DNA of 63,077 nt, the filler included, from Craspedostauros australis (lineage: Eukaryota), in assembly GCA_030167865.1 (NCBI GenBank). It is 7 parts of 7 records of this genome, joined end to end, with 100 filler letters (N's around TTAATTAATTAA, not from the genome) between each part and the next. Parts side by side here need not be neighbours in the genome. Positions count along the whole stretch, not along the records: positions 1 to 13,360 come from JALAGF010003058.1; 6 more parts are not named here. One strand, given 5' to 3'. Made by a program: the position numbers and the translations under genes. Of the stretch, positions 1 through 12,103 are shown piece after piece (positions within the stretch are counted from its first letter, which is position 1; each line of letters begins with the position of its first letter). The notes under the pieces are model-generated. The model made no database searches and was not told the origin of the DNA. It saw only the letters and a list, made by a program, of their open reading frames with translations.

Positions 1-3000
1 CCTTGGCAAGCACAACGCGGCACGACATCATCTGCGCCGCAGACGCACGAACAGGCAACAGGGTGTAAAAGTCAAAAATGGAGCCGCGAATCTGGGTTTT
101 GCATAAATCAGGATGATTGTGCAAACAACTGACAGGAAGAATGCTCAAAGATGGCAAATTTTCAGTTTGGTTTTTGACTTTTGAACTGCTGATTATGGAA
201 GAAACTGTTGTTGCCTTATCATGGGAAATGCAAAATTACCGTCTTTCCCCCCCCCCCAGAGCCGGTACGACATCGAAGAACGAAGAAGGTGGAAAGCTTT
301 TGTCGAGGAGCAACATCGCGCGCAACCTCTCTTGCCAAAAAAGTGAAGGCCTTTCTCGACCAAACGGTCTGTTGCGTTGCGTGTCGGTACACGCACGATC
401 CTGTGTCTTGTGCCTCCATGCAACATTCAGGCGTGGCTGGTTTGCCCCAAAGACGGTCACGACCTCCCCTCGCCACCCGCACACACCATGGTCCAACACA
501 TCCTCGTGCTATCACTATGTTACGTTCCGTCAATGTTGTGACACTTCTCGGGTCACTTCTGGGTGGGCCATGACCCCCCAACAGTCCACAAACCTATTCC
601 AGGGAACGCAACAGAAGCCTCCGTGCGAGCAGTGCCAAAAGGAGTCAAACCGCCTCCCTCTTTCTGATGTCTGCCAGAAAGTATCATTCGTGGGCGTTGG
701 TTGTTCCATTTGCGCCGTCCATTGTGGCAATCACATTTCTCGGCGCCATAGATGTTGCCATGGAGGAAAAAGGCGCAGCACAAACACCCTCTCCGCCGCA
801 TGCCACACGTGGAGGTCGTACCAGCTCGAGCATAGCGCTTGGATTCGTGCTGGCACATCGATCCGGGCTCCACTCTGCTTCACGCGTCCTCTCTGCCATA
901 CGATCTATTGATACACCCGGTACCGGTGCGAGCCACAGAGACTCGCGTGGTTGTGAATCCCGACACAGACCGAACATTCGATCGGTCTATTCAGCTCTCC
1001 GGGCCTCCTTCAATCCACGTCACAGAGAGAATGACTCTGCTCTGCACTACAAACATACGGAAGGATGGTCATCAAGGCGGAGCGGAACACAGGAAACCGA
1101 GACTGGAACTGCACTGGAATGCCAGCTGGACGAAGGCTGGCCAACCGGCCTCCCGCAAGTATTGCATGTAGCTCGTTGTCTAGCTCGTTGTCTAGCTCGC
1201 ATGGTATTGGATGGTGCAAGCTACGAAATATGCGTTGTGCTGGTGCACGGCCTGAAGAAACACAAAGGCCACGACGCATTTCCATTACAACTCTAGCTTG
1301 TATAGTCGCATCATTTGCTTGGATACTCCAAGGAGTGGGACGAGAGTGCTCCCTTGTGGGCATTGTACGAGCTATGGTGTCAGTCACAAGCTGTCGCATC
1401 CAAGCAGAGATCGGCGACGTTGCCATACAGATACCGTGGGCGTCTTCTGCATCCACCAGCCGCGGCTGAGGTGGAGGGACACACAAGAAAGTAAAGACGA
1501 TTGATCGTTGACGGTACTGCGAGTGGGATCGTGGAAGCGAAGGAGGTACAAACGTCGAGCCTGGTACACAAAGGCACGGGCAGATAGATAGACGGAGAGG
1601 CAGAGCTTTTGGGAAAGAAAGCCGGAGTATGCGTCCGTCCTCTCCTTTCACTTTCTCCAAGCACCTCCAAACACGAGAGATAAAGAGATAGTTTCGGCAC
1701 ATGGAAGCTAACTGCTCGTAGAATATAACGCAGCGGCCAGTCTACCACAGACGAGTACGTACAAGTATGTACAGCATCGCAAAGAACATTCCGGGAGAGC
1801 TATTGATTCCAGCGACCTTCCCCCGGTGAGATTCATTTTCGCGCAACGCACCCATGCTCTTTGGTACGAGCCTCGGGTGCATTGATGGGTTGGATCTCAA
1901 TGCCTCCATCATACCCATGTTATACCGTGCTCTCTGCTTCGTCAACTCGTCGCTATTTGTTCCCTGGTGGTGGATCAATAGATCGTACTCTCGCGCAGTC
2001 GCAACCGCAATCGCAGTCCCAGGCACGAGTACGAGTGGAGAGACAGAGTTGTTCCTTGGCCTTTTTGGGCCGGCCATTTCTTCAAATCCAAAGACGCCAA
2101 CTCCGAAAGGGCGAAAAATCATCGTGGCCTGCGCTGTGGGATTCATTCGGCTCTTTGCGAAGAACAGGGCTGGCGGCACGTGCCATCGTCTCTCTGGCTT
2201 GACATTCGAACCATGACTCAGCCCCCCTCATGTCCAGCACTCGGCGATTGCCACAAGAGCCGGGGCAAAGGGCTTTTCGTTAGTCTCTGCACGGGAATCC
2301 ATTCGACGCCTGTGAATAATCGTAGATGTCCAAGAATGGTCAGGGCGTGAGATGCTCCTACAAATAACCCAATGCAATGCGGAGCGCACAAGACAGCATC
2401 GCGCGATGTTCGGCTTGTGACCCAACTGGTGGGCGCCACTGCCATTGCGATGTGCTGGCGATTCGTGGACGGCAGGCAATGTTTCGGTCTTTCCCGATGC
2501 CTCTCTGTTGATTCACATCCGTGCTGTCGTGCCTCCCAAGGAGCGGCCACCGGCATCGCTCCTTCGCTCCTTCTCATTGCCTCGTCGCTCTGTCTCGTTT
2601 TCTCATGTTCTTCGACACAACATCCAAAATCACAACAAAGAGAACGAGAAAGGCAGCGCCAGTCATTTCTTTCTGATTCCCAAACACGACAGCAACTTCA
2701 GTCATTCAGTCGTGGTTCTGTTCAAATGGTCCGACTAGTCGATGCTACGCCTTCGCCTTCGCTGCGAAATGGGCCGTGCACGACGACACACACAAACACG
2801 ATCACAGAGAAACACGGTCACCATTCTGTTGTTGCACAACCCTGTTGGACGATGGCCATCGAACGCAGTGGTCAGAAATGAGAGGCGACATCGGCAGCGC
2901 CATGATGGAACAGCTGAGGAGGAACCCACATCTGTTCACCATCTTCCTCGTACCGCATCCCTTCACACCATGAGCATACCTATGATGCACAGCGGGACAA

Positions 3001-3829
3001 GACGATGCGGCATCAGCATCCATGAGGCATCAACATCCATGAGGACCAACAGTTGCAGTAGCAAAGTGCCCAGGCTGATGCTCTGATCGGCATTCGATGC
3101 GATCGTAACGAATGGAGTTGATGGGAGATGACGGTGTCAGACCATGGTGCTGGACTGCCAGGTCAATGCGCTTCCGTGGAAAGGCACACACACACATGTG
3201 CACATCGCGTCAGCATCACGCACTGCGGTGACAGGCTTCGAGAATCGCAGCCTCCTGCACGCGGTGACCACTGCAAGGCAGCAAGGCAACGAGGTATCTG
3301 AAACAAATGCTGGCGACAACACATGAAACCGTGCTTCATAGCAACAATTGCATTGATCCACCGGACCAACAGGTGCGGCACAAACTCAGCTGGTGTGAAC
3401 GAAGCCATGGTACATCATCGCCCAACGGTCACAAACGACCACAAACGAAGTTGATGCCAGCGCCACTGCCAGGCTGGGAATCAGATGGGATGAAGAAGGG
3501 CTGAACGTGGCAAGCATGTCAAAAGACATACTGACGTAGACCATGATGGTTGGTAGAACAACAAGGCATTGCCGGAGGAGGCTACGGACGTTGGCACACC
3601 ATTTCAGACGCCGCGGAACTTCCATTCTTTCCACATCGGCGACATGCGTTGGTTCTCTGTGCACGGACTGATTCAATGTGCTGCGAACGAACATGAGGCA
3701 AGCACTTCCAAGTAGAGTTTGGAGTCGAGCACTCTGGAGGCATCCAACGACTAGCAGCAATAGATACGGCACAGCATTTCAGACCAACTCTTATACCATA
3801 TAATAGAATAGAACATTATATATTATACC

Positions 3830-5746
3830 TTACCGTTGCCGTTTTGTCTTTGTCTCTATCTCGCCTTCCACAGACACGTCGGGACTGCAGTTCAGCCGAT
3901 CCCTCTTCGCGGTGGGATGGTGAGCCAGCCCCAATTCAGGCAAAGCCAAGATCTTCGCATCATAGGTTGCCTTCTGCGCACATTCCAATGCCATATGGTC
4001 AGCTTTGTTTCGCACATGACCATCAATCTCTTCCAACATCATCAGATACTCGAACACCTCCACCAGACCATACTTGACTGCACGGTGAAGGACCGTGTCT
4101 CCGTCATTGTTCATCATGTTCACATCCACCTTCACGTTGCTTGATTCAATCAGCAGCTTTAACTTCTCCAGATAGTCATCACGGTCGTTGGCGTTGCTTC
4201 CGACATCACTTCCGGTATCGCTTCCGGTACCAGTGTTGACATAGCAGATGCAATGCAACGGAGTATTACCATCACTATTCTGAAGCGTTGCGTCTACTGA
4301 GCCATGTCCCACCAACTGCTGAAGGGTGGGCATTTCACTCTCCTTGCTCATGCATGCAAGATGGAGAAGCGTGTTGCCAGCACGATTCTGGATGTTTGCA
4401 ATTGGTTTGGCCTCTTCTATCAATCGTTTGGTGATGACTGTATCTCCCACACGATCGTTGAGGTGTGAGAGATCGCTGAGATTGGTGGTGGGGATGAGTT
4501 GGTGTTGGATGAATTCGAAGAGATGGGTGAGTCTGGTGGTATGATCCAACGGAACGAAACGACCTCTGCGGAAGGCGAGGTGCACAGGTGTGTCACCGTC
4601 ATGGTTCTGGATGTTGAAGCTGCCGTTGGTCTTGGACGATTGGAGCAAGTATTCAATGGCGTCGCGTTCCTGACGCTTGCATGCAACATGGAGAGGTGTG
4701 TTCCCGTGCCTGTTTTGAATCTTGAATATTTCATCGATACTCAACTCGCTGTTGCTGTTGTCTTCGTTGTTGTCATTGTTGGGTTGGTACTCTTCCAGCA
4801 ACAGCTTCAAGCAAGGTAAGAAGCGACGGTTACCGTAATAGCAAAGGCGATGCAATGGTGTGTCACCGTCATTGTTTTGGGTGCGGATGTGGTTGTCTGT
4901 GTCGATTTTGCCGCAATGGACCAGATACACAATCATATCCTCAGAACCACGCAGGCGTGTGCAACAAGCCCGGTGGAGAAGTGTATCACCGTGGTTGTTG
5001 CGAATGTTGAGATTGACACTGTCACTGATATCATCTGATTCCACCAGGTATCGAACGCAGCTGATCTCCATCTCCCGACATGCTGCATGCAAAGGCGTGT
5101 CACCTTTGTTGTTCTGCTTGTTGATGTTGACAGCGGCATCAACTTGGGGACATTGCACCAAGTACTTCAGCACATCGATGTGTCCTTGTTCGCAGGCATG
5201 GTGGAGTAAGCTGTTGCCATCAGTATCATCCATGATGAAGTGGATTCGATCAGATTCCATCAAGTACTCAACAAGATCTCTCTTTCCGCTCCTGCAAGCG
5301 AGATGGAGCAATGTCTGCCCTTTGTTGTTTCGGGTGTTGACATCCACATCGCTTCGATCAGATTGCATGAAGTACTCAATGGTATCTCTGTCTCCACGCT
5401 TGGACGCAATGTGCATTGACGTATTGCCGCCCCAGTCTCGAATGTTGAAATCTACGTCAACGCGGTCAGATTCCATCAGGTACTTCACGATAGCTGTGCG
5501 TCCATTACGACAAACACGATGGATTGCTGTCATTCCAAAGCGATCCTGGAGGTTGACATCCACCTTGATTCGATCAGACTCCACCAAGTACTTCACAATG
5601 GCCATGTTTCCACGAATGGAAGCACGATGGAGTGGTGTATCTCTAACTTCGTGCACAATACCACAAAGCGTGCCCTCCTCGCATGATTCGACCAAGGCCT
5701 GCACCGATGCCAAGTCGTTCCTATTACATGCTTTGAGCAATCGCAT
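3830..5746 (-). CDS. Ankyrin-repeat protein (multiple divergent repeats, no other recognisable domain)
   Basis: 638-aa ORF with many G[DN]TPLHxAC...VKYL...DVN motifs. Confidence 0.9.
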   Translation of the reverse strand: MRLLKACNRNDLASVQALVESCEEGTLCGIVHEVRDTPLHRASIRGNMAIVKYLVESDRIKVDVNLQDRFGMTAIHRVCRNGRTAIVKYLMESDRVDVDFNIRDWGGNTSMHIASKRGDRDTIEYFMQSDRSDVDVNTRNNKGQTLLHLACRSGKRDLVEYLMESDRIHFIMDDTDGNSLLHHACEQGHIDVLKYLVQCPQVDAAVNINKQNNKGDTPLHAACREMEISCVRYLVESDDISDSVNLNIRNNHGDTLLHRACCTRLRGSEDMIVYLVHCGKIDTDNHIRTQNNDGDTPLHRLCYYGNRRFLPCLKLLLEEYQPNNDNNEDNSNSELSIDEIFKIQNRHGNTPLHVACKRQERDAIEYLLQSSKTNGSFNIQNHDGDTPVHLAFRRGRFVPLDHTTRLTHLFEFIQHQLIPTTNLSDLSHLNDRVGDTVITKRLIEEAKPIANIQNRAGNTLLHLACMSKESEMPTLQQLVGHGSVDATLQNSDGNTPLHCICYVNTGTGSDTGSDVGSNANDRDDYLEKLKLLIESSNVKVDVNMMNNDGDTVLHRAVKYGLVEVFEYLMMLEEIDGHVRNKADHMALECAQKATYDAKILALPELGLAHHPTAKRDRLNCSPDVSVEGEIETKTKRQR

Positions 5747-7013
5747 AAGCCATCTGTCATTGGGGTCATCACTGTTTCCATTCCAGTTTCATTTTGATTG
5801 CATCGTAGAATAGAGAATGTGCCCCAGCGGATACATTCAGAGTTGGATGGAAGAGAGAGGAAGAGAGGGTGGATTGCATCAACATGAGTGTATGGCAAGT
5901 AGAAGCAGATGGCAGTGCCATGTGCACTCAGCCTGTGGGTACACATGTACAAGTACGAATGCACACGGGCGCGATCAAGAGGCAGGGGAACATATGATAG
6001 TACTGGTTCTCAGACAGGAAGGTAGACGTCAAGTCGTTCATGCAAGGGAGGTTACCACCATCCCCGCAACCACGCAGCTACCACGTATTCATGTGTTGGC
6101 ACATGCACGCATCCACTTCGGTAGACCCCAGCACAAGGGCAAGCGCCAGTACCAGTAGTGCACTCACATGCGCATGCACTGGCGTGAAAGCCAGTCGCTC
6201 TGTGAGTCGAAAGATCGTGGGAAGGAGCTATCCATGCTGCGAAGATGGCGATCCGTACTCGCAACGATCTGTTCTTTGTTGTTGAGTTGAGGTTTGGACA
6301 GCTGCGACTGTGCGATGTACAAGTATGGGTATCGAGAAGGTCGAGTCCTCTCTCTTCGTATGCATGTATTGTACGGTTTTATATGAACTATTGTAGATGC
6401 TCTGCCAGGATGAATGGTTTGGACTTGGTGACAGGTCCAGGTGGAATCAATGTAAATGGTTTGTGGTGTGCGGATCTGTTGATGTCGATGTCGATGTTGC
6501 AACTGTTTGTGTTGTGTTGTGTTCTGTCAGAGATGTGCGTGTTTGTGATAGATCTTTGTGTTGGCCATTTCCGTGTTTGGATTCCGATTTGTTCGCATAC
6601 CTCTAGCTTGACTGCGACTAGTGTGTTGTCAACGAAAGGATGGTTCTCATTCCTTGTTCTTCCACATGGATCACGCCCACGTTCCGTCAACTTTGGTGGT
6701 CCTGCCAGTCATGGATACCCTTGTCTCAACATGTCCAGATCGGGACCTCTTCCTCTGTTCCACTTCGTCTCATTTCGTTTCATTTCGTTTCGTTTGTACC
6801 CAACACTCCACACCACTCAGACCTGGACACGACGATGATCTGCATTCCACGTTGACAGTCCTCCTCGATGAGCCATGTGTGACATGAGTCCCTGCTCGTA
6901 CCATGCCAAGAGGCACCATGAGATACCGTACAACATCCAACCATTCAACCATTCAACCAATCATCCAACACCCATCCAGCAACCTCTCAACAGCTATTGA
7001 CCACCATCTCAAC

Positions 7014-7420
7014 ATGCCAGATGTCTCAAACAAGCAACTCTTCCCTGCTGCCAGCACTGGTGATCTGACAGCGATGAAGAAATCGAAGAAGCAGAATGAA
7101 AGAGGCGATATCAACAAGGCGACAAGCAGCCAGGGTTGCACTCTGCTTCATTACACATGTGCACATAGAAAGTGACAATGAGGATGGTTGCTGAAGACAC
7201 ACATTCTTTGTTTACCCACAGAGACTCCAGCAAGTTGTGTTGGAAGCCTCAGCTGATGGGAGATGTCCATGCCCTCTGTCATGGTGGAACAATGAACAAC
7301 AGATTTGATGACGAGCGCAGTGCAATGCCCATGATGGAGTTGTACAAGGTTCTGGATGAAGAGGAGGGTACTGGGAAAGTTGATTTGTATAATACATTCA
7401 TCGTGGCATGTTGGTGATCT
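7014..7420 (+). pseudogene. Internally deleted, decayed ankyrin-BTB paralog
   Basis: MPDVSNKQLFPAASTGDL...QNERGDINK matches the N-terminus of 9336-11513, then jumps directly to the C-terminal MRMVAE...PQLMGDVHA...SAMPMMELYKVLDEEEGTGKVD. Contains a stop and frameshift. Confidence 0.85.
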
Positions 7421-9335
7421 TTGTGCACTTCACCATATCATCTTGTGGACAGCTGATACCGGTGCCAAGAATGGGAAAGAGGAGCAAAGTGGGACACTGC
7501 AGAAGCAGCCATGGGAAGCCAATGTGCCATGGAATTGAATGCTCCAGACGACTGGCTCAGTCATCACGAAGTAGCTCCAGAGGCAAGCGATTGACTCGTG
7601 ATCAGAATTCCATTCGTTGGAGTGATGGTGATGGCGCAAAGTGGAAATGGCGATCAGCCCACTGCTGTGTCACACATTCCAAGTCACTCATTGGCTCAAC
7701 ACTTCCACACACATGCAGGGAAACAACGATGGCAAGTGTGCATGTGCTATTGAAGGTGGTGCAGGTGATGCACTTCATCATACAACCGCTAGCTCACACT
7801 TCATGATTTGGTTTGGTTGTGGATAGTGAGACAGGATGGATGTGGCTGCGAGTGAGCAAGGAGCTTGGAATATCAACAGCATTGAACCTCAGTTGGAGTT
7901 GCTATTGACACTTTCATCGTCATTGAATTGTTGGGTCCTTGTGGTATGCAAGCATTCACCCGATTGTTTGAACCAGCCATGGGGCAGCTGGTGAGCCGAC
8001 GAGCAAAGAAAGAGCCATGCACCTTGGTAATTGCACTTTGGTCATGCTTGATGCAACTGAAGCATGTTTTTGCAATACCCAGAGGATTTCCAACACTTGT
8101 GTCCTCATCACTGCATCTAACAATACTCTGAATGATCACTTGATGAAGCTTGTGAATGTTGTGATGACATCTGACTTGACATGTGTGGGTGGCTCTTGAT
8201 CTGGATTTGGTGCACAATTGGGATCAAGCTGAGTGAGAAGAGAGAACAAGAGATGGCATGCAAGCAGGATAGCAACCAAGGGGATGTCATGTGATGCCAA
8301 TTGAAGTGTGTCAATGATGTGATAATGTATGTGCTGACAGCAAAACCAAGCTTACCTGGCTCTACTCCTCCACCACCTTGGCTTGCTGCTGTTGGAGTGT
8401 GCGAGGCTTGCTTTGGTCCAACCAATTGGTTGGATTTGCGGATACTCTGGTGTTCAAAGCAGTGTATTTTGTGTGCAATGTATTGGTACCATATGATGCA
8501 TTGGCATCAAGCCATTGTTTTTCACATCTCAGGACCAATCCACCTCAGGGTGTGTGTGTCTTGAGCAATGCTCCAGCTTGACGACTTGGCCAATGGCATC
8601 ATTGGATCAAAGATGTGCAGCATTGGCATCAACACGGAGACATCACACAGATCTCCAGCATGATGCGTGATCTGGCCTCAGCTCTGCCATCTGTAAGCTT
8701 CACGTTTCCGCACAAGACATGCATCCTCCACCCGAACTTGTTCAGATGGGGTAATTGAAGCACCAGCGATCGCGCTCGTCATCTGGATGGTGTTTGCAGA
8801 AGGAAGTGTGCTTGGGCGGGTGTTGCTATTGTGGTAGTCGGAGATCATGGTGTGTGAGGTGTTCTGTGGAAAGTGTACGACTGGGAAACGAGTGTGACGG
8901 AAAAAGTATCATGGCGACCAAGTCGCTCGCACCAACAGTCACGTCGTTGGACGCACACCCTGCGATCCGACACAGCTTGGCACAAACAGGGAAGCTTCTG
9001 TCGAATGACTCAATGGACTCAAGATCATCGAGTTCGATCGCACACATTCCTTCTTCGTGTTTCTTTCGTGTTTCTTTCGTGTTGTTTGTGTGTGTGTGTG
9101 TTTTGTGGTGGATGTCGAGAAGGATCCGCACCAACCAGTTCTTCCACGACAAACAAGAGTGCGATCATGGAACAGAGAAACAGAACGTGCGAACAAGACA
9201 ACGACAACCTTGCTATTCCTTGCAACAGTTTGGTCTCATACCATCAGTCAGCATCTTCATCATAAGACCGTGAACACATTGATCAATCATCCAGCAATTG
9301 TTTGTCTACCAACAGCTCAACAACCAACGACCAAC

Positions 9336-11513
9336 ATGCCAAATGTCTCAGACGAACAACTCATTGATGCTGCTATTGCAGGTGATCTGTCGGTGTTGAG
9401 GGAATGGAAGGAGCAGAATGAAGGACGTGATGTCAACACGGTCAAAGACGGCTGTGGTCACACTCCCCTTCATTGGGCATGTCGCAACGGGCGCTTGGAG
9501 TGTGCCAAGTACCTCATCGAATCAACCAACGCCGATGTCAACTGCAAAGACAACTATGGCTACACTCCACTTCATCGAGCATGCGGCAAAGGCAGCCTGG
9601 AATGTGTGAAGTACCTCATCGAATCAGCCAACGCCAATGTCAACTGCAAAGACGACTATGGCAACACTCCACTTCATGAGGCATGCATCAACGGCAGCCT
9701 GGAATGTGTGAAGTACCTCATCGAATCAGCCAACGCCAATGTCAACTGCAAGAACAAAGGTGGCAACACTCTACTTCATAAGGCATGCATCAACGGCCGT
9801 TATGAATGCGTCGAGTACCTCATCGAATCAGCCAACGCCAATGTCAACTGCAAGAACGACGATGGCTACACTCCACTTCATGAGGCATGCTTTGGAGGCA
9901 GCCTGGAATGTGTGAAGTACCTCATCGAATCAACCAACGCCGATGTCAACTGCAAGAACAAATTTGGCAACACTCCACTTCATACGGCATGCGCCAACGG
10001 CCACCTGGAATGTGTGAAGTACCTCATCGAAACATGCAACGCCGATGTCAACTGCAAAGGCTACAATGGCTACACTCCACTTCATGGGGCATGCTCCCAC
10101 GGCCACCTGGAATGTGTGAAGTACCTCATCGAAACATGCAACGCCGATGTCAACTGCAAGAACAACGATGGCGACACTCCACTTCATACGGCATGCAATA
10201 GAGGCCACCTGGAGTGTGTCAAGTACCTCATCGAAACATGCAACGCCGATGTCAACTGCAAGAACAACGATGGCGACACTCCACTTCATTGGGCATGCAA
10301 TAGAGGCCACCTGGAGTGTGTCAAGTACCTCATCGAAACATGCAACGCCGATGTCAACTGCAAAGCCAACAATGGCAACACTCCACTTCATAAGGCATGC
10401 TACTGGGGCCAGTCTAAATGCGTCAAGTACCTCGTCGAATCAACCAAGGTCAATATCGACATCCAAAACAACGACAACAAAACACCTGTCAAATTAATCA
10501 AAGCGGAAGATCAGGTCAAGATGATGAGATCAATCATGAAGCGTCTCGATCATCTCAGTCAACGCAACTTGCAACTGCAGACACAGCTGCAAACAGAGAC
10601 GCAGGTGCACAAGCAAAGCCACACAAACACCATCACAACACCAACCAAGCACGACAATCCTAAAATCCACACAACAACCAACATCAGCATCGACCAAGAT
10701 CGTCGCAGCGCTGTTCGTTCTGAGGCCAAGGCAGACATCACCTTCCTGTGCGGACAAGGCGACGAACAACAGNCAATCAAAGCAAACTCCGGAGTCCTCA
10801 TGGTCACTGTTCCGTCCATTCAGACATTGATCGACTCGGGAATCCAACATCAGCATGTTGATGACGGCACTGATGACAACACTGATTCTGCCAATGCCCC
10901 ACCCCGCAGGCTCATCCCTCTTCCCAACCATCAACCCAAATACGTCCAACGTGTCCTCGAATGCATCTACACAGGTGAGATATCCTTCGATCACAGCGCT
11001 CCGGACAACGATACTGATACCCGCGATGGCGTTCATGACGATGATGATGGCGCTGACCAGCCAACTCCCACCCTCGATGGACAGGACGATCTACAACAGC
11101 TGATCCTTGTTGCCAACGAGTTCGGCTTCTGGCGACTCAAGCTTGTTCTTGAAGCAAAGTTGGTCCACACTCATCTCACAGAGGACACCATGATACATGC
11201 GTTGATATTCGCTGATCAACACAACTGCGTGGTGTTGAAGGATGCAGCAATGAGAATGGCAGCTCGAAACATGCAGACTTTACTCGCTCGTGAAGATTGC
11301 AGCAAGTTGTTTCAACACCCTCAACTGCCGGGAGAGATCCATGCCATCTTCAGTGGGAGAGCAGTAAGCAATGAAGTTGATGACGAGTACAGTGCCATGT
11401 CCATGATGGATTTGTACAAGGTCGTGGATGAAAACGAGGGTACAGCACAAGTGGATTCATACATGGATCGTGCAACGTTGATGAACTTCGTGCGGTCCGT
11501 CACACCTGGCTGA
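9336..11513 (+). CDS. Ankyrin-repeat (10 x 34 aa) - coiled coil - BTB/BACK (SPOP-like) protein; putative Cullin-3 substrate adaptor
   Basis: ATG at 9336 (MPNVSDEQ). Repeats GxTPLHxACxxGxLECVKYLIExxNADVNCKxxx. BTB-like ADITFLCG...IKANSGVL...VLECIYTG...LILVANEFGFWRLK and BACK-like ALIFADQHNCVVLKDAAM. Confidence 0.88.
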   Translation: MPNVSDEQLIDAAIAGDLSVLREWKEQNEGRDVNTVKDGCGHTPLHWACRNGRLECAKYLIESTNADVNCKDNYGYTPLHRACGKGSLECVKYLIESANANVNCKDDYGNTPLHEACINGSLECVKYLIESANANVNCKNKGGNTLLHKACINGRYECVEYLIESANANVNCKNDDGYTPLHEACFGGSLECVKYLIESTNADVNCKNKFGNTPLHTACANGHLECVKYLIETCNADVNCKGYNGYTPLHGACSHGHLECVKYLIETCNADVNCKNNDGDTPLHTACNRGHLECVKYLIETCNADVNCKNNDGDTPLHWACNRGHLECVKYLIETCNADVNCKANNGNTPLHKACYWGQSKCVKYLVESTKVNIDIQNNDNKTPVKLIKAEDQVKMMRSIMKRLDHLSQRNLQLQTQLQTETQVHKQSHTNTITTPTKHDNPKIHTTTNISIDQDRRSAVRSEAKADITFLCGQGDEQQXIKANSGVLMVTVPSIQTLIDSGIQHQHVDDGTDDNTDSANAPPRRLIPLPNHQPKYVQRVLECIYTGEISFDHSAPDNDTDTRDGVHDDDDGADQPTPTLDGQDDLQQLILVANEFGFWRLKLVLEAKLVHTHLTEDTMIHALIFADQHNCVVLKDAAMRMAARNMQTLLAREDCSKLFQHPQLPGEIHAIFSGRAVSNEVDDEYSAMSMMDLYKVVDENEGTAQVDSYMDRATLMNFVRSVTPG
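9456..10475 (+). repeat. Tandem array of ten 102-bp ankyrin-coding units
   Basis: cactccacttcat / aagtacctcatcgaa / aacgccRatgtcaactgcaa recur at 102-bp spacing (e.g. 9558, 9660, 9762). Confidence 0.95.
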
Positions 11514-12103
11514 GGCCGATGGCGCTGCTGCTGAAGAAGAGGAGTGAATCACAACAACAGTAGACAGAGAAGTGAGCGTGTCATGAAGAAGAGGAAAATG
11601 AATAGGCTGTAATCAGAGAAGCAACTACACTACCGCATTTCGTAAGATAGCTATCAGTGATACATCCAATGGTGCGCCCGGCACGTCTTGGATCTCGCCT
11701 TTGGTGACTCGCGCAGCGCGCTGTTCTATACACGACCGTATCATTTGCAGCACAGCCTGACTGGCTGGACAGCAAGGCATGCTCTTTGGCCAATACATTT
11801 CTGATGATCATGCCGCTGCATTGCAGATGATCCTGGTTGGTGAACAGCACGTTGGTGTACCATACAGCATCATTGGGCAGTGTGGCATGACGACGATGGT
11901 CTGGCCACCNNNNNNNNCGCCGAGATCGTCGTCGCCAATCAAATGCTTTCCGCGTTCGTTGGTTTCAATGATGTGGAAGGAGTTGTGCGGAAGGAATTGT
12001 GTGGAAAAGCAAGGTGGTATCCGCTGGTGTCATGCATGGATCGTCGTACCCCACTGCAACTTGACAGGGCGGGATGTATGTATCGCGACTGTCGGCTTGT
12101 GGG

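Noticed and set aside
1..3780. Many overlapping 60-260 aa ORFs; 14-bp inverted match tacgatctattgat (~899 vs ~1976)
   Set aside because: No recognisable domains, and the match does not extend. Possibly decayed sequence, but unsupported
9456..10475. CRISPR-like repeat/spacer array or a bona fide DGR
   Set aside because: Units are in-frame ankyrin codons; no cas, RT or template repeat is visible, and synonymous adenines are invariant
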